The notes: generated from the letters alone by a model not told the origin. A stretch of DNA of 25,021 nucleotides from Candidatus Woesearchaeota archaeon (GCA_016926395.1 JAFGOT010000009.1:1-25021); one strand, 5' to 3'. Shown: positions 8,007-15,971, numbered from the stretch's first letter. Translations and numbers: made by a program.

Positions 8007-8611
8007 TTTGAAGCCTCCTTAACAGCATCAGATTGCTTTTCTGCAACTGGCTTAACAGTCTCAGATTTTTCTTCTACTTTTTTTTCGACTTTAGGTGCTT
8101 CTTTTTCAACTTTAGGTGCTTCTGTTTTTTTCTCAACAGGTTTCGCATCTGCTTTTTTAGTTGTTTTAGGTTTACCTTCAATTTCTCGAAGAACAATTTC
8201 AACATGTGTTTGTTTCATTGCTCGTCTTCTTTGTCGACCAAAGTGGAATCTGTTTCCTGCTTTGTTAGCAATGATATTATCAATAACTAACTCTTCAGAT
8301 AAATTTAGATTTGCTGCGTTTGCAATTGCGGATTTTAAAACCATGTTGATTTCAGTTGCTGCTTTTACAGGGAATCTACCTGAAGCCATCGGTCCTTTTC
8401 TATGACCAACACCATCAGTAAATCTAGTGTATGGAACAGCTTGTTCTAGTTTAGCAACACGATCAAGATAAGCAACTGCTTTGTCTGCATTCATTCCTCT
8501 AAGTTTTTTTGCAATATTAATAGCAACTTTAGTTGAAATACCTAAACTTTTACCGTAAGCTTTTGCTGTGTGGTTGTCCAAATTTTTATGTGCATAATTT
8601 GTTTTTGTCAT
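8003..8611 (-). CDS. rpl22: 50S ribosomal protein uL22 with K/E-rich tail
   Basis: ISTKVAINIAKKLRGM, AVPYTRF...GHRKG..GRFPVKAA, SAIANA, THVEIVL. Confidence 0.97.
   Translation of the reverse strand: MTKTNYAHKNLDNHTAKAYGKSLGISTKVAINIAKKLRGMNADKAVAYLDRVAKLEQAVPYTRFTDGVGHRKGPMASGRFPVKAATEINMVLKSAIANAANLNLSEELVIDNIIANKAGNRFHFGRQRRRAMKQTHVEIVLREIEGKPKTTKKADAKPVEKKTEAPKVEKEAPKVEKKVEEKSETVKPVAEKQSDAVKEASK
8081..8122. repeat. 21-bp tandem duplication in the uL22 tail (EAPKVEK x2)
   Basis: TTTTTCGACTTTAGGTGCTTC / TTTTTCAACTTTAGGTGCTTC, 20 of 21 identical. Confidence 0.9.
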
Positions 8612-8621
8612 CGCAGCCTAC

Positions 8622-8984
8622 CTACTTTTTTGGTTTGTTGGTTACACCAACACTTGTGTGGTTTGCTTTTTTTCTAGTTAAAGCGAATTCACCAAGGAAG
8701 TGACCAATCATTTCGTTTTGAATAACGATTGCTTCAAAGCCTTTACCGTTATGTATTTGAACTGTCTTACCAACCATGATAGGAAGAACAATCATGTCTC
8801 GAAGATGAGTTTTAACGTTGTTCTTTTTTTCTAGTTTCTTGATTAATTTTTTCTTTTCATCAGAGAAACCTCGAGTGTAAGATCTTCTTTGCCGAGATGG
8901 AAGAAGTTCCACGAACTCAGCAATAGATAGAGCTTTTAATTCCTCAATGGTTTTGTTTTTGAATTTGAAAATTTTCAGTGCCAT
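8622..8984 (-). CDS. rps19: 30S ribosomal protein uS19
   Basis: LLPSRQRRS..RG, KTHLRDMIVLP.MVG, HNGK, EMIGHFLGEFALTRK. Confidence 0.98.
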   Translation of the reverse strand: MALKIFKFKNKTIEELKALSIAEFVELLPSRQRRSYTRGFSDEKKKLIKKLEKKNNVKTHLRDMIVLPIMVGKTVQIHNGKGFEAIVIQNEMIGHFLGEFALTRKKANHTSVGVTNKPKK

Positions 8985-8986
8985 TT

Positions 8987-9706
8987 TTATACCCTCTTAC
9001 CTCGAGACCTTCCAGTTTTTCTTGCACGGATTGCACCAACAAGTCGTCCAGGTGGAGCGTTCTTAGGAGCAGGTTTCGCTTTAGATTTCCGAAGAGTACG
9101 TTTGTTACCAAATGGATGGGCAACAGCGTTCATCGCACTTGCAGAAACTATAGGCCAATATTTATTTCGTGCTTTCATTGCATAGTACTTAGTACCAGCT
9201 TTTAGGAATGGCTTATCAACTCGTCCACCACCTGCTACAACACCAATTGTTGCTCGGCAGTCAGGATTGAATTTCTTTTGTTTTCTTGAAGGCATCTGAA
9301 TAATAATGCCGTCTTTAGCTTTTGAGATAATTCTTGCAGAACCACCAGATGCTCGTACAAATTTACCACCATCATTTGGTCTTGCTTCAATATTATATAC
9401 AGCTACTCCTTCAGGAATATCTTTTAGCGGAAATACATTTCCAACTTTAAGTTCACTGTCAATATCACTAAGAGAGATGTTATCTCCAACAGTCATTCCT
9501 TCTGCAGCAATTGTATAAGCTGAGCTACCATCATTGTAATATAATAATGCTAATGGAGCGCTGTGACCTGCGCAATGAACAATGTCTGTTACAAGAGCAC
9601 CTGTATTCTGATTAAGAATTTTTGCTTGACCCTTGAACTTAAATGAATGTGTTCTAAATGTAGCAGAACCTTTTCCTCGTTTTTGTGCTGTGATTGGTTT
9701 TCCCAT
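8987..9706 (-). CDS. rpl2: 50S ribosomal protein uL2
   Basis: MGKPITAQKRGKGS, DIPEG..VYNIE..PNDGGKFVRASG, GGGR..KPFLKAG, AMNAVAHPFG, APPGRLVG. Confidence 0.98.
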   Translation of the reverse strand: MGKPITAQKRGKGSATFRTHSFKFKGQAKILNQNTGALVTDIVHCAGHSAPLALLYYNDGSSAYTIAAEGMTVGDNISLSDIDSELKVGNVFPLKDIPEGVAVYNIEARPNDGGKFVRASGGSARIISKAKDGIIIQMPSRKQKKFNPDCRATIGVVAGGGRVDKPFLKAGTKYYAMKARNKYWPIVSASAMNAVAHPFGNKRTLRKSKAKPAPKNAPPGRLVGAIRARKTGRSRGKRV

Positions 9707-9716
9707 TTTTCTACAC

Positions 9717-9965
9717 CTACATTAGCTCAAGCTTTGTTGCTAGATCAATTGCAGGAGTTTCATCTGCAAAAGTCACATAAGCCCGTTTCTTAGCGTCGGG
9801 TCCTATCAGTGTATTAACTGCTTTAACTTTAACTTTGTAAGTTTCTTCTAATTCTTTTTTGATATCAGCTTTGGATGCTTTTCGATCAACAAGGAAAACA
9901 AGTTTGTTTTCTGCTTCCATTAATCGAACAGCTTTTTCAGTTGAAAGTGGAGCTATAATAATCAT
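9717..9965 (-). CDS. rpl23: 50S ribosomal protein uL23
   Basis: PLSTEKA...ENKLVFLVDRKASKADIK, VKAVNTLI, KKRAYV, AIDLATKL. Confidence 0.98.
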   Translation of the reverse strand: MIIIAPLSTEKAVRLMEAENKLVFLVDRKASKADIKKELEETYKVKVKAVNTLIGPDAKKRAYVTFADETPAIDLATKLELM

Positions 9966-10789
9966 TGTTTACCACCTCGAACATCAACGAACAGATTTTG
10001 TTCAGCTAGAACATCAAGAGCCGCATCAGTAAATAGAGTTAATCGTCCATGGTGAGTACCAGGAGCTAATAACTCTGCATTTAATCCATTAACAGGAACA
10101 ATTTCTGCACCTGGAATGTTTGATGCTGATTTTAGTAATGGACAGTCTTTTGAAACAACGAATAAGAAAGATTTCTTTGTGATTGTTTTTCGACCTCGTC
10201 TTTTACCAACACCTGCTCTAATAGTTGTAGTTTCTGCTCGAGTCATTTCTTCTTTGAAACCTAAAGTTTCAAGTGCCAAAATAACATCTTTTGTTTTAGC
10301 CATTTCTTCAAATGAGTTATCAAGTGCGAAAGGAAATCCAGCAGGAACAAAATGTCCTCTTTCTTTTACAGCTTCAACATCAACAGTTGCAGCTAGAGCA
10401 GAACGGATAGCTTTTCGTCTTTCTTTAACATTAATTTTTTGAGTCCATTCTTTTTCAGCTTTTGGCGGATGAGCTCTTCGACCACCAACAGTTTGTGGAG
10501 CAGTTGCACCAACAAAAAAGAATCTTGTACCTCGTCGGTTTAGAACTTTTCTTGGAGTTCTAGATTGACCGATACCATATGTACCTTTGTAATTATGTCG
10601 TCTTTTCGAAACATATGAAGAATAACGCATACCAGCATCAGGCTTTGCACCGTATTTTTGTCTTCGTGCTGCTTGGATTGCTAGAACTGCTCTTTTAATC
10701 AAGTCAGTTCGAACAGGTTCTTCAAATTGTTTTGGAAGGTTAACAGATTTTACCTCAGACTTTGTTTTATCATAAACTTTTAATTTCAT
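9962..10789 (-). CDS. rpl4: 50S ribosomal protein uL4
   Basis: VRTDLIKRAV, GGRRAHPPK.EK, KINVKERRKAIRSALAAT, RAGVGKRRGR, LAPG.HHGRLT. Start moved to ATG 10789 (AGGTG SD at 10800-10796). Confidence 0.98.
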   Translation of the reverse strand: MKLKVYDKTKSEVKSVNLPKQFEEPVRTDLIKRAVLAIQAARRQKYGAKPDAGMRYSSYVSKRRHNYKGTYGIGQSRTPRKVLNRRGTRFFFVGATAPQTVGGRRAHPPKAEKEWTQKINVKERRKAIRSALAATVDVEAVKERGHFVPAGFPFALDNSFEEMAKTKDVILALETLGFKEEMTRAETTTIRAGVGKRRGRKTITKKSFLFVVSKDCPLLKSASNIPGAEIVPVNGLNAELLAPGTHHGRLTLFTDAALDVLAEQNLFVDVRGGKQ

Positions 10790-10798
10790 CGTCTGCAC

Positions 10799-11785
10799 CT
10801 AGTTACCTTGTTTTGATTCTATGCTGATAAATTCAACAGTAGGTGTTGCTTTTTTCTTAGAAACTCTAAGAGGAGCAGTTAGAGTAACAAGTCGTTTTTT
10901 TGTTCCAGGAATTGAACCTTTAACTAAAACGTAGTTAGCTTTAACTAAACCAAAGTCAACAAATCCACCTTTTGGATTTACTTTTTCTACATCATCATAG
11001 ATACCTAAAATTAGGTTGTTGTATTGTGTTCTTTGGTGATAGCCAGTTTGACCAGAATATGCAATTCTATACATAACATGACCTTGTGCTTTCCAGCCAC
11101 CAAGAGAACCAGGACCTCGTTTTACTTTTTCAGATTTTTTAGCTCTAAGACTAATTCCGAATCGTTTAACTGGACCTTGATTTCCTTTACCTTTAGTTAC
11201 TGCTCGGACATCAACCATACTACCAACCGATAATACGTCGCTTGCAGTAATTTCAGAAGCAATTTTTTCTTTTAAGAAAGTGATTTTTTCTTCATTAGAC
11301 CCACCAAGACCCATTTCGAAAATTTCCGGAGTTTTCTTGCCAAGACCTGTTTGTTTAGGTTGAGTGTATGCAACAACAGTAATGTTAGTTACATTAGTTA
11401 AATCAACTTTATCTAAATCTTGAGCAGTAGATAATGTTTTAGAAACAGGAGCTCTTTTTGAGAACTCTTTGTCGACCTTGAAGAATAATTCTTTTGTAAT
11501 TTTACTACCATAACCAGCTGGTTCGTAGAATCTTACAGAAGAAATTTTTAATGAAGGACATTCAACAACAGTTACAGGGTATGCAACTTTTTCTCCTTTA
11601 GTTAAGGAGTTTTTGTCATTATCTGTCACGATCACGTGAGTCATCCCAGCTTTGTAACCTGCAAAAACTAGAGGTTTAACTTCTTTTACGTCTGGAAGGG
11701 ATCTAACTCGTGCATATGCTTTTTTAGCTCTAACTCTAGGCCAAAATTGCATGCTTCCGTGTCGAGGATTTAATCTTTTTCCCAT
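10799..11785 (-). CDS. rpl3: 50S ribosomal protein uL3
   Basis: PRHGSMQFWPRVRA, FAGYKAGMTHV, VTKGKGNQGPVKRFG, GQTGYHQRTQYN, KGSIPGTKKRLV. Confidence 0.99.
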   Translation of the reverse strand: MGKRLNPRHGSMQFWPRVRAKKAYARVRSLPDVKEVKPLVFAGYKAGMTHVIVTDNDKNSLTKGEKVAYPVTVVECPSLKISSVRFYEPAGYGSKITKELFFKVDKEFSKRAPVSKTLSTAQDLDKVDLTNVTNITVVAYTQPKQTGLGKKTPEIFEMGLGGSNEEKITFLKEKIASEITASDVLSVGSMVDVRAVTKGKGNQGPVKRFGISLRAKKSEKVKRGPGSLGGWKAQGHVMYRIAYSGQTGYHQRTQYNNLILGIYDDVEKVNPKGGFVDFGLVKANYVLVKGSIPGTKKRLVTLTAPLRVSKKKATPTVEFISIESKQGN

Positions 11786-11935
11786 TTTTTATACACTATG
11801 TTTTTATGTTTTTGAGTATAATTGACTTGAACAATTAACCAATTTAGAAACCGTAATACTCAGGATAGAATATGAGTTAGGTACTGAAAAAGGTTTATTT
11901 TCAGGCCGATATCATCACAATCAATATTGTGAGTA
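11786..11935 (-). promoter_or_regulatory. Structured ~150-nt 5' leader of the ribosomal protein superoperon
   Basis: Inverted repeats TCACAAT/ATTGTGA (11915-11932), CTGAAAA/TTTTCAG (11884-11904), ACTCA/TGAGT (11858-11877) and ATACTCA/TGAGTAT (11856-11862 with 11813-11819), lying between the TATA box and the uL3 ATG. Confidence 0.55.
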
Positions 11936-11956
11936 GGAGAGAGAAACATTATTTTG

Positions 11957-11972
11957 TTTATAAATGTTTCTT
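11957..11972 (-). promoter_or_regulatory. TATA box plus BRE-like element of the uL3 operon
   Basis: TTTATAAA at 11964-11957, preceded on the - strand by purine-rich AAAAGAAA. Predicted TSS about 11934. Confidence 0.65.
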
Positions 11973-11995
11973 TTAATTATATCTCAAATCAAGAA

Positions 11996-12030
11996 ATAAA
12001 AGTCAAAAAGAACTAATTTAACTGAAAAAA
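11996..12030 (-). terminator. Oligo-T terminator region after the primase gene
   Basis: - strand TTTTTT, TTTTT and TTTT runs directly after the primase stop. Confidence 0.4.
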
Positions 12031-12032
12031 GC

Positions 12033-13673
12033 TTAATTTTCCTCTTTTGTTGTTTTTTCCGTCTTTTTTGAGCTTTTTTTAGGAGCGTCTTTTTTTGGTT
12101 TTTTGTCAGTTTCAGATTTTTTTGAAGGCTTCTTCTTGCTCTGTTTCTTTTGAGCCTGCTGTTCTAGTTCGTATTTACGTTTAGCGTACATTGCAGGGTT
12201 CTTTATCTTAGAACAGAAAGAATCAGGGTTACAAATCAGTAAAGACTTATAATAATCTTGATTAGAGCAATTAGGAGGAGGAAGAGCCCCCTTTCCTTTC
12301 TTAATCTGGAATAATTGGCCTTTAATATACTGTTCTCTTAAGGCTTCATCGTTATTTTTGTTCCAAAGACGCAATCGCTCCTCGATTTGATCCTTACCCC
12401 AACCAGAAACACGCAAAAAATTAACCAAAACAAACATTGCCCGTTTTTTACCATCTTCAAGACCTGCAAAGATTCTTTGAATACAAGGAGGGAAAAATTC
12501 TTCAGGAATAGCATCTTCAGGGATAGGAATTTCTTGACGAAGAGTAAACTTTCTTTCTTCAGTAACAGACGTTCTATCAAAAGCCTCAACAAATAATTTA
12601 GAAGCTTCACCCTTTACAGCAGAGGATCGCGATAAAAAAGGAATGTCAAAACGTATTTTATTTGGTTTTGCAAAAGATTTCTCAAAAGACAAAATATCTT
12701 CATTGTTAATAGGAATAGAGACAAGACCGGATTTTTCGTGAAGAGAAAAAGGCATTCGATAAAGATGGCGTGAAGAAATAAGAACAGTATCAACTTCGAT
12801 AACGGCTAGAAGATTTGGTTTTCTTTCAGGTGCAAGCATCGAACCACACCGAGGACAGCCTGATTTTTCAACTTGAAATTCAACAGGATGAGAACATTTT
12901 TCACAACGAATAACATCAGGATTTCCTGTTGGATGTGATTCATGACCGCATTTAGAACATCTAAAAACAGTTCTTGGTTTCTGAAAATCAGAATCTAAAA
13001 CAGAATGACAACTTGAACATTGGAAAGCAACAAGGGATTGTGAAGAGGATGTGACTATATTTTTTAAATAATCTAAGGAGAAAAAATGGCCATCAAAATC
13101 AACACCACCATCCCTAATGGTTGCATAATTCTCAGTCATGAAACTTAAAAGATAAATAGCAATTTTTCTTGGAGCTTCAGGAAATAAATCTTTAACTTCC
13201 CTGTTTAACAAATTGCCTTCATCGTCCTTAAAAGGAATGACATCGGGAAATGCTTCAAAGGGGACGGCGATATGAAAACCTTTGTTACCAGAAAACTTAG
13301 TTGTGACAGAATTAATACCGTGATCGTTTAATGCTTTAACAAACAAATGAGTTATTAATTTTGAAAATTCCCAATCAGGACAATCAATATCTAAAATTAA
13401 ATCCCAACCAACTCGAAGTTCATCAAGTTCTTTTCTACTCATTCCAGTCTTAATTAACAAAGGATTTCGCCAAAGCTCTTCAGAACAATGAAAAGAAGAC
13501 GCCTTTCGTTTAGCAAACTCTAAAACATCATTCTCATAGGCAATCAGGTCTGGTCGTTTACCAAATTTTTCAGGACCAAACATAACACTAACTTCTTTGC
13601 TTGAAGCTTGCTCTACAATTGCCTTTTGAACTTCGGGCCGTTTGTAGTGCATTAGAGAAGTTGCTATAAACAT
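12033..13673 (-). CDS. priSL: Fused DNA primase PriS-PriL (DPANN type) with inserted double zinc ribbon
   Basis: AEP motifs WDLILDID, FSGNKGFH and D(TVLISS)RHLYRMPFSLH. C-terminal PriL Fe-S domain PPCI...PPPNC...LLIC..DSFC. Four CxxC pairs at aa 219-276. Confidence 0.93.
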   Translation of the reverse strand: MFIATSLMHYKRPEVQKAIVEQASSKEVSVMFGPEKFGKRPDLIAYENDVLEFAKRKASSFHCSEELWRNPLLIKTGMSRKELDELRVGWDLILDIDCPDWEFSKLITHLFVKALNDHGINSVTTKFSGNKGFHIAVPFEAFPDVIPFKDDEGNLLNREVKDLFPEAPRKIAIYLLSFMTENYATIRDGGVDFDGHFFSLDYLKNIVTSSSQSLVAFQCSSCHSVLDSDFQKPRTVFRCSKCGHESHPTGNPDVIRCEKCSHPVEFQVEKSGCPRCGSMLAPERKPNLLAVIEVDTVLISSRHLYRMPFSLHEKSGLVSIPINNEDILSFEKSFAKPNKIRFDIPFLSRSSAVKGEASKLFVEAFDRTSVTEERKFTLRQEIPIPEDAIPEEFFPPCIQRIFAGLEDGKKRAMFVLVNFLRVSGWGKDQIEERLRLWNKNNDEALREQYIKGQLFQIKKGKGALPPPNCSNQDYYKSLLICNPDSFCSKIKNPAMYAKRKYELEQQAQKKQSKKKPSKKSETDKKPKKDAPKKSSKKTEKTTKEEN

Positions 13674-13693
13674 TGTAAATCAATAAACCTCGC

Positions 13694-13702
13694 TTTAATA
13701 AA
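13694..13702 (-). promoter_or_regulatory. TATA box for a leaderless primase transcript
   Basis: - strand TTTATTAAA at -29..-21 from the ATG; no SD. Confidence 0.5.
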
Positions 13703-13706
13703 AACT

Positions 13707-15971
13707 TTACTGCTTGTAAGGATTCTTTTTAGTTTCTTTATAAGATTGATTAAAAATCTTATATAATTCTGTTGCTTTCTTGTCACCAATTAAAGGAATT
13801 TTCTTAAAATCATCAACAGATGCAGTAATAATTTTTTGAATAGTATCAAAATGCTCTAATAATGCTTTAGCCAAAGCAGGACCTATTGTTGGAAAACTAC
13901 CCACAATATACTCTTGTAACATCCCTTCTTCTAATGGTTTAGAAGTGTGAAAAGTAAACAGATCAGTTCCTGCAACTTGCTCTCTTTTTGCAATAGTTAT
14001 AAACAATTTTGCAGACTCTAAAGGACCTGAGGTTCTTAGCACAGGAATTCGATAAGATATCGCGATTGTTGCAAGCATTCCATGAATTGCGTTTTGATCA
14101 ACTTTCCTGGATGCAGCTTCATTTAAATCACCTTCAATAACAAACAAAGGCTTTGGATACTGAACCAAAGATCTTAATTGAGTTAGTATTCTCCCATCAA
14201 CAATTGAATCTAAAAAATCTCTTGCGTTTTTGAATTCAACACAAACATCAGGCGACAACATGTAATCTCCAACATCCAATTGTTTAAGTTGTAAATCAAC
14301 ACCTGCATCAATTAAGTTCTTAAGAAGAGCGGAACCTTTTTCTCTATGATCGGCGACAATTTTAAAATCAGTTTTTTTCTTTTTAATATCGTCTGTTGAA
14401 TTTTTTTGCATCACTTTAATTGCATCACGTTCGAAACTAGAAATTGATTTTTGAGAAGAAGATAAATTAAAAGATTTGGATAAGGTCTCAAGAACAGAAT
14501 ACATTCGTTTTTCTTTATGAAAGGAAACCCATTTACTTGCTTCATCTTTTGTTCCTTTAGTGACAAGGACATTAACAAAACCTTCTCCATGTCTTCCTGT
14601 TCTTCCTCTTCGTTGAACAGAGCGAATAGCACTAGGAACGGGTTCAAAGAAGAAAACAAAATCAACACTAGGAATATCAAGGCCTTCTTCAGCTACACTG
14701 GTTGCGATTAAAACAGAAAACTTATTTTCACGAAAATTTTCAAGAACTTCTTTTTGTTTTTTCTGAGAAAAAGAAACACCATTCTTTTTTGCTTGACCAA
14801 AAAAAACAGATGAGGAAGCAAAATCAGACAATCTTTTTTCAATTTGAGATGCAGTGTCTCTATATTGAGAAAAAACAATTATTTTAGCATCTGGCTTAAT
14901 GTCAAGAATGGCTTTTATTCGTCTGACTAAAATCGAAAGTTTAGGATGCTCAACATTTTCTTTTAGTAAATCGCGCGTAATTGATAAGGCTGAAAGGAAA
15001 TCAGGATCTTTGACAAGATTTTTTATTGCTTTAGTTTTTGAATTTCTAGAACTTGAAAGAATACCATAAAGATATTCGTTTAATGCAAAAAGTGTTTGAG
15101 TTTGTGCTAGTTCAATTGCGTGTGAAAGCTTTAGAGATTCAGCTAAAAGACTTATACTTTGAAGAATTTCAGGAGTCATTTCACCACTAGAAATAGAACT
15201 GTGAAGTTCTTGCTGCATTTTTAGAAGTTGAGTTTTAGAATATGAACTAACAGGGCCTTGTAAGAGACCAAACTCTTTTATCTTCTTTAATTTTTTGTTA
15301 TAAGCATTTGTTAAATAGTCAACAATTCTTTGATGTGGTTTTGAAAGGACAACTTCATCCCATTTAACATCAACATTATTCGTGAAAGGTTTAACGTCAG
15401 GAGAATCGATAGAACGATATTCAATTCGTTCAATAAATAAATTTGAAGAAACCTCTTTTATTTTATCAACATCAGCACCTGGTGAAGCAGTCAATGCAAC
15501 AATACGAACGCAAGAAGAATCTTCAACATATTTTTTTGCCAAAAAAACATAAGCATAATCTCCAGTTGCTCGATGAGCTTCATCAAAAATAAACAAAGAC
15601 ACTTCACTTAAATCGACATTACCACTTAGAACATCATTTTCAATTGTTTGTGGAGTGGAAAAAATAAATCTTGCTTTCTTCCAAAGACTTTTTCGTTGAG
15701 AAGGAGGAATAGAACCAGTAAATAAAGCGAACTCTTCTTGACCTAGAAAAAATTGATTGTTAAAAGAAGTTAGTTGTTGTTCAACAAGAGGTTTCGTTGG
15801 GGCAACAAAAACAATTTTTTTTGTGGGATATAAAAACAATCGACGAGCAGCAATCATCATTGCAATGGCCGTTTTTCCAAGACCTGTTGGGAGAACTACA
15901 AGAGTATTATTATTGGCTAAAGTTTCAAAAATAGCAGACTGATAAGGACGTGGAGTGAAATCTTTAAGCAT
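13707..15971 (-). CDS. hef: Hef helicase-nuclease (FANCM-type SF2 helicase + ERCC4 nuclease + HhH)
   Basis: PTGLGKT, DEAH, LTASPG, QRRGRTGR; nuclease DHRE..DVGDY..EFKNARD; HhH IGPALA and IGDKKA. Start moved to ATG 15971 because the upstream ATG overlaps the TATA box. Confidence 0.96.
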   Translation of the reverse strand: MLKDFTPRPYQSAIFETLANNNTLVVLPTGLGKTAIAMMIAARRLFLYPTKKIVFVAPTKPLVEQQLTSFNNQFFLGQEEFALFTGSIPPSQRKSLWKKARFIFSTPQTIENDVLSGNVDLSEVSLFIFDEAHRATGDYAYVFLAKKYVEDSSCVRIVALTASPGADVDKIKEVSSNLFIERIEYRSIDSPDVKPFTNNVDVKWDEVVLSKPHQRIVDYLTNAYNKKLKKIKEFGLLQGPVSSYSKTQLLKMQQELHSSISSGEMTPEILQSISLLAESLKLSHAIELAQTQTLFALNEYLYGILSSSRNSKTKAIKNLVKDPDFLSALSITRDLLKENVEHPKLSILVRRIKAILDIKPDAKIIVFSQYRDTASQIEKRLSDFASSSVFFGQAKKNGVSFSQKKQKEVLENFRENKFSVLIATSVAEEGLDIPSVDFVFFFEPVPSAIRSVQRRGRTGRHGEGFVNVLVTKGTKDEASKWVSFHKEKRMYSVLETLSKSFNLSSSQKSISSFERDAIKVMQKNSTDDIKKKKTDFKIVADHREKGSALLKNLIDAGVDLQLKQLDVGDYMLSPDVCVEFKNARDFLDSIVDGRILTQLRSLVQYPKPLFVIEGDLNEAASRKVDQNAIHGMLATIAISYRIPVLRTSGPLESAKLFITIAKREQVAGTDLFTFHTSKPLEEGMLQEYIVGSFPTIGPALAKALLEHFDTIQKIITASVDDFKKIPLIGDKKATELYKIFNQSYKETKKNPYKQ

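Noticed and set aside
7962-8405. 147-aa + strand ORF, and other short antisense or alternate-frame ORFs across the r-protein operon, hef, polC and polB
   Set aside because: They lie inside well-supported genes and are F/S/L-rich shadows of K/E-rich coding sequence, with no recognisable motifs.
11786-12032. tRNA, small ORF or CRISPR array in the largest internal intergenic gap
   Set aside because: No cloverleaf or T-loop consensus, no regularly spaced repeats, and no ORF with an SD. A promoter, leader and terminator explain it better.
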